This document shows positions 37,058 to 49,577 of a DNA stretch of 64,000 bases, piece after piece (positions within the stretch are counted from its first letter, which is position 1; every line of letters begins with the position of its first letter). The notes below the pieces were generated by a model. The model searched no databases. It was not told the origin of the DNA and was given only the letters and a program-made list of their open reading frames with translations. Source of the stretch: Chiloscyllium plagiosum (Eukaryota); contig NC_057725.1 of the NCBI RefSeq assembly GCF_004010195.1, positions 27,179,796 through 27,243,795 of the forward strand. Direction: 5' to 3'. Both the position numbers and the translations under genes were made by a program.

Positions 37058-37399
37058 CAGCCCCTTCCAGATCACAAGGAATCGCTGATAGGTGAACATG
37101 TTCATTTCCATTTCTTGCCTATTTCCTCAATTAACATTCTTCATATAGTTTCCACTTTGGGAGTGTACATGCGGTTTAGAAAAAATTTGTACAGGAGAGG
37201 TTGCAGAGGGAATTTATTGGGATGGTGCGAGGGATTGGGTGTCAGTAATGTTTGAAACAGAGAGGCTGGTATTATTCTCCTTCCAGCAAAGTTACGGAAG
37301 AATAAAGAGAGATGCTCAAGGCGTGAACGAGGAACTGTTACCAGCGGCAGACAGATTAGTAACCAGAAGATGCAGATTTACTGTAGGTAATAAAGAAGA

Positions 37400-38012
37400 C
37401 AAATAGAATTTTGGCATTTATTGCTAACAAAGTGGAGTATAAATATCAGGAAGTGTTGCTGCAAGACATTAATGAGACCACACCTGGACTTTTGTGCACA
37501 ATTTTGATCCAGGTGCTTGAGGAAGGATGCAGTTGCATTGGAGCTGGTTCAGAGGAGGTTCGCTTGATTGATTCCACAGGTACAGCCTTTGTCTTATGAA
37601 GCGACTTTTAACAATTTAGAGTTCACAACTCTGTCGAGTTCAAAAGAATGTGATGAGATCTAATTGAGGTATACAAGATGCTAAAGGGGATTGACAAATT
37701 AGACATTGCCCCATAAAAGAAAGCATCCTTTCGATCTAGAATGGGAGTTTTAGGATAAGGGGTAGCAGGTTTAAAATAAAATTGTGGAGAAATGAGTTAT
37801 CTCAACTTCACTATCCCAGCGTGTGGTGGATTCCAGGGCATTGAGAAAATTTAAGGAGGACAAAACAGATTTGTAATTACTAATAGCTTGAATTGTTATG
37901 GACAGTAGGCAGGAAAGGGAAGTGGAAGCTGAGATGGGATCAGCCATGAATGGCAGAACAGACCCAAGGTGTTGAATTTGCCGACCCTTGCTTGTTCCAA
38001 TGTTCTTATCTT
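37400..38012 (+). mobile_element. Decayed CR1 3' fragment
   Basis: LAFI...VEYK..EVLLQ, RPHL, DLIEVYKML.G.D motifs and 3' UTR. Confidence 0.7.
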
Positions 38013-38832
38013 CTGAGCAAGTTGACAAAAGCGCCAGTGCAGATTAAGAAAATCATTGGGATCTGGAATATTATCGGCTGAATTGTCAGTAGAAGCAGTG
38101 GTATTCAAATAGTAGAAAGTAGTAATTTTCAATCAGAATTGGATGAATTTTCCAAGGGGAATCATTTGGATGGTTATTGGGAATGGAGGGAATTGTACTC
38201 ATTGAATTGCCCGTTGTCAGAGCCAACACAGACGTAATAGCCTAAATCACATCATTCATGCCATTCTTGATTGCTTGCAATGGATGTTTTCCTGGAATAC
38301 CATTGCTTTGCTCTGTATTTGTTTGAACATCAATGACCTGTAAAGATGATACTGCTAGTAGATGAAAGCTTTTGTGTCAGTAGAATTAATGTTCCCAGCC
38401 ATATTGATCTCATTACCATAAGGTGGTTGTCTTCTAAAGTGATGTGGGCACTGATTAATGAACCATCTCTGTGCAATCTGATGTAGTTAATAGTTTTATC
38501 CTGAAGACATATTAATTTTACATGACTGATCTATTTCCATTAACTAATCAAGTAAAGGTATATTCTAATGTTCCTTTTCTTTATTTTAAGAAGTGCTAGA
38601 CTGGAGGGAAGTTTGCTCTACCAGTGCAATACTAAACATGATTAGGTTAGAAATAGATTAAAATGCTGAGCAATGCATAGTTACTAATGTCAAAGAAAAC
38701 CTCAGCCCCTTGGTTTTTAACAGCAGAGGCACTAAAACAATTTCTATATTGTTTTCTTGATAAGATTAAGACATGGATTATTACAGTAATGCCTGCCCCA
38801 GGTGAGGAAAATTTAACATGAAATGGGCATAG

Positions 38833-39095
38833 TGAGTTTTGAGAAGATTTGTAGCTCAGGTTGGGGTTCTGGATATAGGTTTGCTCGCTGAGCTGGAAGG
38901 TTCATTTCCAGACATTTCATCACCCTACTAGGTAACATCTTCAATGGGCTTCTGGGTGAAGCACTGCTGATGATTCTTGCTTTCTATTGGTTTGGTGATG
39001 GCATTTCCTGTGGTGATGTCATTTCCTGTTCTTTTTCTCAGGGGGTGGTAGATGGGTCTAACTTGATGTGTTTGTTGATAAAGTTCTGACTTGAC
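38833..39095 (-). mobile_element. PLE 3' end, older relative of family B
   Basis: gagaagatttgtagctc end shared with 41369; minus-strand atcaacaaacacatc and decayed hammerhead ttgaagatgttacctagtagggtgatgaaatgtc. Confidence 0.75.
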
Positions 39096-39184
39096 AATTG
39101 TATTTGCCTGAAAAGGCAGAGGATGCAAAATCTTTAAGTATGTCTAAGGCAGTTTCTTGATTACCAAGAGAATGAAAGTTATTG

Positions 39185-39912
39185 GGGATCCACTTAATGG
39201 TAAGGTCCTGGGGAGCTTTGCCGAACAAAGTGACCTTGGATGGCAGGTCCATAGTTCCTTGGAAGTGGAGTCTTAGGTAGACAGGATAGTGAAGAAGGCT
39301 TTTGGGACACTTGTCTTTATTGGTCAGTGCATGGAGTATAATGGTTGGGAGGTCATGTTGCGACTATACAGTACATTGGTTAGATCACATTTGGAATACT
39401 GCATTCAGTTGAAGTTTCTCTGCCAAAAGAAAGTAGTTGTTAAACTTGAAAGGGTTCAGAAAAGTTTTGCAAGGATGCTGCCAGGGTTGGAAGGTTTGAG
39501 CTATAGGGAGAAGCTGACTACACTGGGGCTATTTTCCCTGGAGCTTCGGAGGCTGAGGGGTGATTTTCTAGAGGTTTACAAAATTATGAGGGACATAGAT
39601 AGGGTGAATAGCCAAGGTTTTTTCCCCAGGGTAGGGAAGTCCAAAACTAGAGGGCATAGCTTTAAGATGAGAGAGGACAGATTTAAAAAAGACCTAAGGG
39701 GCAACTTTTTCATACAGAGGGTAGTGCATGTATGGAATGAGCTGCCAGAGGAGCTGGTTCAGTTACAATATTTAAAAGGCATCTGGATGGCTATGTGAAA
39801 GGAAGGATTTTAGAGAGATATGGGCCAAATCCTGGCAAATGGGACTAGATTAATTTACGATATCTGGAGGGTCTGTTTCTGTGATGTACATCTTGATAAC
39901 TGTATGACTCTA
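39185..39912 (+). mobile_element. CR1 LINE 3' fragment
   Basis: ORF 39289-39798: LYSTLVRSHLEYC..LERVQK..LFSLELRRLRGD..TRGHSFK..QRVVHVWNELP. Confidence 0.92.
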
Positions 39913-41368
39913 TGACACTGTATGCAGGAATTTGGAAGAAATTAAAATCAGATCAGCCACGATCATATTGAATGGCAGAGCAGGCTAGAAGGGCCTGGTT
40001 GTATGTTGGGGCAGGCCTCTGTATAAAATTACAGAGCATGAAATTCACGGCTGTGTAGTAACAGTATGGAATTGCTTCTGTGTTATGAGAATTCCTATTC
40101 AACATTAAAGTGCAAAAGGAGACCATTCTTCCCATTCTTGCCTAAGTAAACTCTTTGAGAGAACTGTCAAACTTTGCTAAGTGATCATTTTTGTTATTGA
40201 TTAGGACAGGAATTTTCAGATTGAGGAAACACTACTCCATTATGTTGGTACTTGCTACTAAGAGTAAGATGTTACAATTGGCTTTGTTTCTTCTCATTTG
40301 ACCAAGTGAAGAACCTCCTGTTTTTTCTTTGTTGGAGATTCTGGTACAAAACCCCCATGTGTAGACATAAGATGAGGGGACTGTTACTCTCACATCAGAT
40401 TGTTCTGAAAGAAGCTATGAAGGTCTGCAAATTATTTGTGTCTTTTCTCTCTTCTTCTACGAAGTATTTAATCTGTTAAAAGCAAAAACAGCGGAAGTGG
40501 TCTATGGAAATGGAAGAGACAAGAAAAGATCGAGGTTAGTAAGAAAGAGGTGTTATCAATTCTAGGAGGAGTGAAAGTAGACAAGTCCCCTGGGCCAGAT
40601 GGGATTTAGCTGAGGATTCTCTGGGAAGCTAGGGTAGAGATGGCGGAGTCTTTGGCTTTGATCTTTGAGTCATCGTTGTCTACAGGTTTAATACCAGAGG
40701 ATGGAGGATTGTAAATGTTGTGCACTTGTTCAAGAAGGACAGTAGAGATGATCCAGCTAATTATAGATCAGTGAGCCTTACGTTTGTTGCAGGAAAAGTT
40801 TTGGAAAGGATTATAAGAGATAGGACTTATAATAATCGAACAAGCAACAATTTGATTACAGATAGTCAACATGGTTTCGTCAAGGGCAGGTCATGTCTCA
40901 CAAACCTCATTGATTTTTTTGAGAAGGTGACCAAGCATGCAGATGAGAGTAGGGCAGTTGTCATGTTGTATTTGGACTTCAGTAAAGCCTTTGATAAGGT
41001 TCCACATGCATGGAATTGAAGGTGATTTAGCAGTTTGGATTAGAAACTGGCTTTCTTTAAGAAGGCAGCGATTGGTGGTTGATGGAAAATATTCAGCTTG
41101 GAGTCCGGTTACTAGTGGTGTGCCACAAGGATCTGTTTTGGGACCAATGCTGTTTGTCATTTTTATAAATGACTGAGACGCAAGCATAGGTGAATGGATT
41201 AGTAAGTTTGCAGATGACACTAAAGTCAGTGGAGTAGTGGAGAGTGTGGAAGAATGTTACAGGTTGCAGGGGGACTTGGATAAACTGCAGAATTGGGCTG
41301 AAAGGTGGCAAATGGAGTTCAATGCAGCTAAATGTGAGGTGATTCATTTTGGGAAGAATAACAGGAAG

Positions 41369-41841
41369 TTTGTGCGAAGATTTGTAGCTCGGGTGCTCGT
41401 TGTTGTGGTTCTGTTCGCCAAGCTGGAAGTTTTTGTTGCAAACGTTTCGTCCCCTGGCTAGGCGACATCATCAGTGCTTGGGAGCCTCCTGCGAAGCGCT
41501 TCTTTGATGTTTCCTCCGGTGTTTATAGTGGTCTGTCCCTGCCGCTTCCAGTTGTCAGTTTCAGCTGTCCGCTGTAGTGATTGGTATATTGGGTCCAGGT
41601 CGATGTGTTTGCCTCCAGGTTGACTCCATCAACAAACACATCGACCTGACCCAATATACCAACCACTACAGCGAACAGCTGAAACTGACAACCGGAAGCG
41701 GCAGGGACAGACCACTATAAACACCGAAGGAAGCACCAAAGAAGCGCTTCGCAGGAGGCTCCCAAGCACTGATGATGTCGCCTAGCCAGGGGACGAAACG
41801 TTTGCAACAAAAACTTCCAGCTCGGCGAACAGAACCACAAC
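41369..41841. mobile_element. PLE family B fold-back insertion inside CR1
   Basis: Inverted arms 41402-41611 and 41633-41841 (7 substitutions and 1 indel by eye); 14 bp TSD agaataacaggaag at 41355-41368 and 41842-41855; homologous to about 3515-3725. Confidence 0.93.
41766..41805 (+). ncRNA. Minimal hammerhead motif (exact antisense copy at 41438-41477)
   Basis: GCA-CUGAUGA-U-GUC g CCU agcc AGG g GAC-GAAA-CGUU-UGC. Confidence 0.68.
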
Positions 41842-42132
41842 AGAATAACAGGAAGGCAGAATACTGGGTCAATGGTAGTGTGGATGTGCTGAAGGATCTT
41901 GGAGTCCATGTACATAGATCCCTGAAAGTTGCCACCCAGGTTGATAGTGTTGTTAAGAAGGCATATGGTGTTTAAGGTTTTATTGGTAGAGAGATTGGGT
42001 TCCAGAGCCATAGTGTCATGCTGCAACAATACAAAACACTAGTGCGGCTCCACTTGGAATATTGTGTACAGTTCTAGTTGCCCCACTACAGAGAAGATGT
42101 GGAAGCATTGGAAAAGGTACAGAGGAGATTTA

Positions 42133-42258
42133 GACCATAAGACCATAAGACATAGGAGCGGAAGTAAGGCCATTCGGCCCATCGAGTCCACTCCGCCATT
42201 CAATCATGGCTGATGGGCATTTCAACTCCACTTACCCGTATTCTCCCCGTAGCCCTTA
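42133..42258 (-). mobile_element. Short 3' end of a second CR1 family nested in CR1
   Basis: (gaccataa)n tail and ggccattcggcccatcgagtc UTR; apparent 5 bp TSD attta at 42128-42132 and 42259-42263. Confidence 0.8.
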
Positions 42259-43544
42259 ATTTACCAGGATGTTGCCTGATCTGGAGCGAAGGTCTTATGA
42301 GGGAAGGCTGAGAGACTTGGATCTGTTCTCATTGGAGAGAAGAAGGCTAAGAGGGGATTTGATAGAGACATACAAGATGACCAGAGGATTTGATAGGGTA
42401 GACAGTTAAAGTCTTTTTCCTAGAATGATGACGTCGGCCTGTACAAGGGGGCATAACTACAAATTGAGAAGTGATAGATTTAAGACAGATGTCAGAGGCA
42501 GTTTCTTTACTCAGAGAGTGGTAAGGGTGTGGAATGTAACTCAGCCATATTAGGGAGATTTAAACAATCCTTGAATAAGTACATGAATGATGATGGGATA
42601 GTGTAGGGCAATGAGTTCACAGGTCAGCACAACATCGAGGGCCGAAGGGCCTGTTCTGCGCTGTATTATTCTATGTTCTATGTTCTAGATGCAGAGTACT
42701 TCATGAGCTAATGTCTTCCTTCTGAACTTGTTCTCTTCCTCTTGTGACAACACCTACTTTTATGTTCTGACTAGCTTGACTTTAAAGTGGTTACAAGCCA
42801 AATATCACCATGCAACATTACACCGCCTCTTTGTAAAACTGTCTCAATCCATCATTTATCTTGACTTAATGGTAAGTTTATACACAGTCTTGCACTCACT
42901 GTTTTTTCAGCTCAAATCTCCAAGTCCTGTTAATTTAGTATTTCAAGATATACAGCTGAGAATAGTATTTCTGTTTGACATTCAGGAAATGGAGAAGGTC
43001 ATTCCAGCCCATCAAACCTATTTCTTCATTCTGTTAGATTGTGGCCTCTTTGCAGCTTAACATCATTTACCCACCTGAGTTCCATATCCATTAATAATCG
43101 AGCCTAACAAAAATCTATAGATTTCAGCTTTGAAGCTTTCAGCTGAATTCAAATATCAACTGTTTCCAGGTATCCAGCATATTTTTGTGCAAAGAGGTGT
43201 TTCCTGATATCATTCCTGACCACCTGAGTCAAATTTTAAGGTTACATATCTTTGTTCTGCCCCATATCCACCCAGCCAACTTCCAACCAGCCCACTTCCT
43301 CCCATTCCCCATACAAGAAAATTCCATCAAACCTTTTTGATCATTTAATCATCTGAACATGTCAGTTAGATTACCCCTTTAATTCTCAAGTATATTTTTT
43401 GGCAACAATGCCTAATAATTATTATTATCTTTGCTGCCCTGTTGGTTTTATTGATGATAGCAGAACCTTGAAAAATAATTTGCAGCAGACTAATCTGTGC
43501 AGATTTCAACAAGAAAATAATGAAGCATCAACTTTGAATTTGAT

Positions 43545-44015
43545 TCATTTGTTCAAAGCGTGTGGGCGATGTTGGTGAGACCTGCATTCATAGTCCATGC
43601 CTAGCTGCTTCCTCAGAAGGTGGTAGTCAGCTGCCTTCTTGAAACCACTACAGTCTGATTTGTGCAGGCACATTCACTGTGCTTCTAGGCAACAATTTCC
43701 AGAGTTTTTAGCCAGTGACAATGAGGGAACAGACGTCATATTTCCAAACAGGATGATGGTATTTGATTCAAAGGGGGGTTTCCAGCTATCCCTGTGTTCT
43801 TCTAGATGGTAGGGATCATGGGTTTGGAAGGTTTTATTGAACGAGGCTTGTGAATTGCTGCAGTGCAAATTATTGACGATGCACACTGCAGGTACGGTGT
43901 GCTGATCGTAGAGGTAGAAAGTGTTTAATGTAGTGGATGACATGTAACTCTGTGCTGATTTGTCCTGTGTGGTAATAATCTTCTTGATTGAAGTTAGAGC
44001 TGCACTCATCCAGAC
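43545..44015 (-). mobile_element. CR1/L2-group LINE 3' fragment
   Basis: Homologous to 19030-19625. Confidence 0.65.
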
Positions 44016-44636
44016 TAGAGCATTTAAAGAAAAACCAGCAAGGTGCAGGGGCTTAGGGAAGAAATCACAAAACTTGCAGCTAATGAGAGAGAATTAACAA
44101 ATGAGCTGTTTAGGTGTTGGTTGAAGTATAAATGTTGATTAGGTCACGAGGAATAATTCCTTGCTTTTCTTAAAAATAGTGGAATTAGATGATCTTTTAC
44201 ATCTACCTGTGAGAGCAGATGTGGTCTTAGTTTAATATTTCATCCAGCAGTATCTTAGATTTTGTGCTCAGTATCTTGGATTTGGATCCAGTATTTCCTG
44301 ATTCAAACATGAAAATGTTATGCACAGTGACAAAGCTTTGAAAATGCTGTCTATTTTTGAGTGTTAAATCTAACTAACACTGCAAAGCCTTAAAATCCTT
44401 TTCAGAAATCAATTTCTTCACCTTCTGTCATGACTGCCATCTCTAATTCAGTGTTATCAGCAATTTTGACCAGTTTACAAGTGGATTGAGTTCTTCTGGC
44501 CATCTGTACTGATTATAGACAGCTATATAGTTGTCTGGCTCTTCTGTGCCCTGGACTCTGTCCTCATTCTCCATCGGACATTTTCATTAGCTTCTTGTCT
44601 AGTCACATGCTTTACCCAAATTCCAATTGATTTTGT

Positions 44637-44987
44637 AGAATTCTTACAATGCAGAAAGAAGCCATCGAGTCTGTGCTGACCCTCCAAAGAGCATTCCATC
44701 CACACCCACACCTCATCCCTGTAACCCCACACAGGGATTTTTACTGCAGCTAACCTACTTAACCTGCACATCCCTGGACACTACACAACAATTTTTAGCA
44801 TGTCCAATCTACCTATCCTGCACATCTTTGGACTGTGGAAGGAAACTGGAGCACCTGGAGGAAACTCATGCAGACACAAGGAGAACTTGCAAAACTCCAT
44901 ATAGGCAGTCACCCAATGCTGGGGTCAAACCTAGGTCCCTGACACTGTGAGGCAGCAGTGCTAACCACTGAGCACCATGCTACCCCA
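44637..44987 (-). mobile_element. HE1-like V-SINE, full length
   Basis: Minus-strand head ggtagcatggtgctcagtggttagcactgctgcctcacag plus V-domain. Confidence 0.88.
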
Positions 44988-45556
44988 TGTAGAAGCCTTT
45001 CATGTTTGACTTGTTAAAAAGCTTTCCGAAAACCTAGATCAACCATGATCAACAGTATCTGAAACATTTCTAAAGAAAAAGAACAACGTTGTCACAGCAG
45101 CTTATTCCTCTTCTTAATGCTGGGAGATTGCCTTTTCTTAATGAAGTGATTTACATTCCTCTAATCGTTTCCTTTCAGGTTGATTGCATTCTACATATTT
45201 TTGTCAATTTTAAACTATAAACTATGGTTACCAAGGTTCACTTTACTTCACATTGTTTCTGAATACACCTACCTGCTTCCAGTCCCAACCAATTTTGCCA
45301 GCCTATCAATGTCAAAGTTGATAAACAGAGCCTCAGAAGTATCCCTTGTTTAATTAATGTATGTACAACCTGTATTGGACATTACATTTGTCTTAATTCC
45401 CTTTTAGATTGTCAACACTTTCTGGTACACTGACTTCAAAATCAACCAGGTTATGGAGTGTTATACTGGAAATGAATGGCAATATTTTGTTATTCACTCT
45501 TTTGAATTCTTCTGAAAATTGTTTACTTTATAATTACCTTTCACTTTGCTGATTAT

Positions 45557-46618
45557 AACATAGAACATAGAACAGTACAGCACAGAACAGGCCCTTCAGC
45601 CCATGATGTTGTGCCGACCATTGATCCTCATTTAAGGTAAACCTGATGTTCAAACCCTCAAATTTCTGTGACTATATGCATGTCCAGCAGTCTCTTAAAT
45701 ACCCCCAATGACCTCGCTTCCACAACTGCTGCTGGCAACGCATTCCATGCTCCCACAACTCTCTGTGTAAAGAACCCACCTCTGACATCCCCTCTATACT
45801 TTCCGCCAAACAGCTTAAAACTATGACCCCTCATGTTAACAATTTCTGCCCTGGGAAAAAGTCTCTGGCTATCAACTCTATCTATGCCTCTCATTATCTT
45901 GATTCGGAGATGCCGGTGTTGGACTGGGGTGTACAAAGTTAAAAATCACACAACACCAGGTTATAGTCCAACAGGTTTCTCATTATCTTGTACACCTCAA
46001 TTAGGTCCCCCTCCTCCTTCTTTTTTCGAATGAGAAAAGTCCGAGCTCAGTCAACCTCTCTTCGTAAGATAAGCCCTCCAGTCCAGACAGCATCCTGGTA
46101 AACCTCCTCTGAACCCTCTCCAAAGCATCCACATCTTTCCTATAATAGGGCAACCAGAACTGGACACAGTATTCCAAGTGCGGTCTAACCAAGGTTTTAT
46201 AGAGCTGCAACAAGATCTCATGACTCTTAAACTCAATCCCCCTGTTAATGAAAGCCAAAACACATATGCTTTCTTAACAACCCTGTCCACTTGGGTTGCA
46301 ATTTTAAGGGATCTATGTACCTGCACACCAAGATCCCGCTGTTCCTCCATATTGCCAAGAATCCTGTCTTTAATCCTGTACTCAACTTTCAAGTTCGACC
46401 TTCCAAAATGCATCACTTTGCATTTATCCAGGTTGAACTCCATCTGCCACCTCTCAGCCCATCTCTGCATCCTGTCAATGTCACACTGCAGCCTACAGCA
46501 GTCCTCTATACTGTCAACGACACCTCCAACCTTTGTGTCATCTGCAAACTTGCTGACCCATCCTTCAATCTCCTCACCCAAGTCATTAATAAAAATTAGA
46601 AAGAGTAGAGGCCCAAGA
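45557..46618 (-). mobile_element. CR1 LINE 3' fragment
   Basis: SKFADDTKVGG..WQMEFN..KCKVMHFG..RDLGV..LYKTLVRPHLEYCVQFW; (tatgttc)n tail. Confidence 0.95.
45902..45977 (-). mobile_element. 76 bp insertion with 13 bp TSD; probable terminal fragment of another PLE family
   Basis: TSD tctcattatcttg at 45889-45901 and 45978-45990; CR1 is continuous once it is removed. The family call is from memory only. Confidence 0.7.
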
Positions 46619-47734
46619 TTCTTTTACCTTCTAACTTGCTTTATATAAGCATGTAGCATTTGATGTTATTTTCTGCATTGTAAGGATTTTGAGGGTGAGT
46701 TGTGATTAAGTGTTGCTGTATGAGACTTAGTGAATTTATTCATGGTATTGTAGAAAAGGTGCCTCAGGCTGCTGGAATTGAAAATGTGTGATGAAACCAG
46801 ATGAGCCAGTTTATGGAATGTTACAGCTGATGTAACATAGGTCAACTGTGCTAACCCCAGGTATAATTATTTGTATAGTCCTTCCTGATTAGAACAACAG
46901 AGCATGTGCACTTTAAGTAAAAGGAAGACAATCCATTGATCTTACTGGAGAATTGTAGACCAGTTGTAAATCCAATTGGACACCAACAAGAGAGGAATTG
47001 TGATGTCACAATCGTCTGCTGCAATTGGTGAATACACAAAGGAGAGGAACATAGGAACGTTTGGACATTAAGAATTTAAACCAAGCACTGAGACCATAGG
47101 CAAAATTTTAGAAGGGTCTGAGGGATGTGGGCAAAGGTGAGATTTGTGACAGAATCAAATGAGAAATCCGATTATACTGATTTTGACATCAGGAGCATCT
47201 TGCTCCATCTATTAGGTTTGGCACAAACAGTGTGCTGAAGTGTCTGGCTGGGCAGTGATGAAGTAGCAATTATTGAATCCTTGCCTATGGAACATCTTGT
47301 TGACAGCCCAACTCACCTCATTAATATTCAGATTTCTATCTTACCAAAGTCACCATGTCAAGGAAACGCAACATGGAAATCAACGTGTATATCTGGTAGA
47401 TTCAGCTCATCACTCGCTCTAAAGAATTTGTATTTTAGTTACTGGATACTAACGTCTCATTGGCTGTGTACTCCCCAAGTACATGGACATTGACAGCTGA
47501 CCTATTCAAGCCTATAACAACCCTCATAGCACATCTATGAGGATGCTTCTGTCATTCAATGCTGCAGCTCAGGCTACCCTGGTCATTACGATTATAATGC
47601 TGCAGCAAGGAGCCTGTGCACTCAGGGACACTCACCCAGCTCATGGACCGGAACAGCCTTGTGTTGTCTTGTCTTGCCCTTTTCTGCTTTGCCCCGTCTA
47701 CCAGAGATACCACACTTCTATTATTTCTGAACCA

Positions 47735-47880
47735 GACTCAGAGAATGTTGGAGAAACTTAGCAGATCTGGTGGCAGTTGTGGGAAGAGAAACAAAGTTTA
47801 TATTTTGAGTCTGTTCAAAAATCTTCTCCAGCATTCTCTGTGCTTGTTTCAGATTTCCAGCATGCACACTATTTTGTCTT
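47735..47880. mobile_element. Old family C pLTR remnant with fold-back layout
   Basis: cagagaatgttggagaa ... ttctccagcattctctg inverted match, then tttcagatttccagcat as at about 18780. Confidence 0.55.
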
Positions 47881-47956
47881 ATTCATGCAACCGCTGCCTT
47901 GCCTTGCTGATTACAATGGAAGGGTGTATGCCGTGGTTGTCAGTAGGCCTCACTCA

Positions 47957-49577
47957 AGTCATAGAGTCATAGAGATGTACAACATGGAAATAGACCCCTC
48001 GGTCCAACTCGTCCATGCAGACCAGATATCCCAACCCAATCTAGTCCCACTATCCAAATGCCTCTTAAATGTTGCAATTGTACCAGTCTCCACCACTTCC
48101 TCTGGCAGCCCATTCCATATACGTACCACCCTCTGTGTGAAAAAGTTGCCCCTTAGGTCTCTTTTATATCTTTCCCCACTCACCCTAAACTTATGCCCTC
48201 TAGTTCTGGACTCCCCGACCCCATTTATCCTATCCATGCCCCTCATGATATTGTAAACCTCTATAAGGTCACCCCTCAGCCTCTGATGCTCCAGGGAAAA
48301 CAGCCCCAGCCTGTTCAGCCTCTCCCTATAGCTCAAATCCTCCAACCCTGGCAACATCCTTGTAAATCTTCTCTGAACCCTTTCAAGTTTCACAACATCT
48401 TTCCAATAGGAAGGAGACCAGGATTGTACGCAAACTCCATCTGCCACTTCTCCGCCCATTGGCCCATCTGATCAAGATCCTTTTGTAATCTGAGGTAACC
48501 CTCTTCAATGTCCACTACACCTCCAATTTTGGTGTCATCTGCAAACTTACTAACTGTACCTCTTATGCTCACATCCAAATCATTTATGTAANNNNNNNNN
48601 NNNNNNNNNNNNNNNNNNNNNNNNNNNNNNNNNNNNNNNNNNNNNNNNNNNNNNNNNNNNNNNNNNNNNNNNNNNNNNNNNNNNNNNNNNNNNNNNNNNN
48701 NNNNNNNNNNNNNNNNNNNNNNNNNNNNNNNNNNNNNNNNNNNNNNNNNNNNNNNNNNNNNNNNNNNNNNNNNNNNNNNNNNNNNNNNNNNNNNNNNNNN
48801 NNNNNNNNNNNNNNNNNNNNNNNNNNNNNNNNNNNNNNNNNNNNNNNNNNNNNNNNNNNNNNNNNNNNNNNNNNNNNNNNNNNNNNNNNNNNNNNNNNNN
48901 NNNNNNNNNNNNNACTTCCCTAGCTTCCCACAGAGTTCTAGGGTACACCTGATCAGGTCCTGGGGATTTATCCACCTTTATGCATGTCAAGACATCCAGC
49001 ACTTCCTCCTCTGTAATCTGGACATTTTGCAAGGTGTCACCATCTATTTCACTACTTTCTATATCTTCCATGTCCTTTTCCACAGTAAATACTGATGCAA
49101 AATACTCGTTTAGTATCTCTCCCATTTTCTGCAGCTCCACACAAAGGCCGCCTTCCTGATCTTTGAGGGGCCCTATTATCTCCCTCGTTATCCTTTTGTC
49201 CTTAATGTATTTGTGAAAATCCTTTGGATTCTCCTTAATTCTATTTGCCAAAGCTATTTCATGTCTCCTTTTTGTCCTCCTGATTTCCCTCTTAAGTTTA
49301 TTCCTACTGCCTTTATACTCTTCTAAGGATTCACTCGATCTATCCTGTCTATATCTTACATATGCTTCCTTCTTTTTCTTAACCAAACTCTCAACTTCTT
49401 TACTCATCCAGCATTCCCTATACCTACCAGCCTTTCCTTTCACCCTAACAGGAATATACTCTCTCTGGATTCTCATTATCGCATTTCTGAAGGCTTCCAA
49501 TTTTCCAGCCGTCCCTTTACCAGCAAACATCTGCCCTCAATCAGCTTTTGAAAGCTCTTGCCTAATACCATCAAAAT
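47957..49577 (-). mobile_element. CR1 (HER1-like) LINE, relatively young, spanning an assembly gap
   Basis: Open ORF2 segments: ILNEYFASVFT..DKSPGPD.VYPR, SKFADDTK, LERVQRRFTRM..RLRGDLIEVY. Confidence 0.95.
48592..48913. other. Assembly gap (322 N)
   Basis: Run of n characters. Confidence 1.

Larger units (their letters stand above)
40510..42688 (+). mobile_element. CR1 LINE RT and 3' end with two nested insertions
   Basis: [59 protein letters not shown], (tatgttc)n tail. Confidence 0.95.

Noticed and set aside
36890-37061. Palindrome read as a DNA-transposon MITE or miRNA gene
   Set aside because: The sequence equals the pLTR of the PLE at about 16930-17053, the arms are asymmetric and the TSD is 15 bp, which fits retroelement fold-back.
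48580-49530. 316 aa ORF, the longest in the track
   Set aside because: One third is Ns and the rest is CR1 ORF2; not a host gene.
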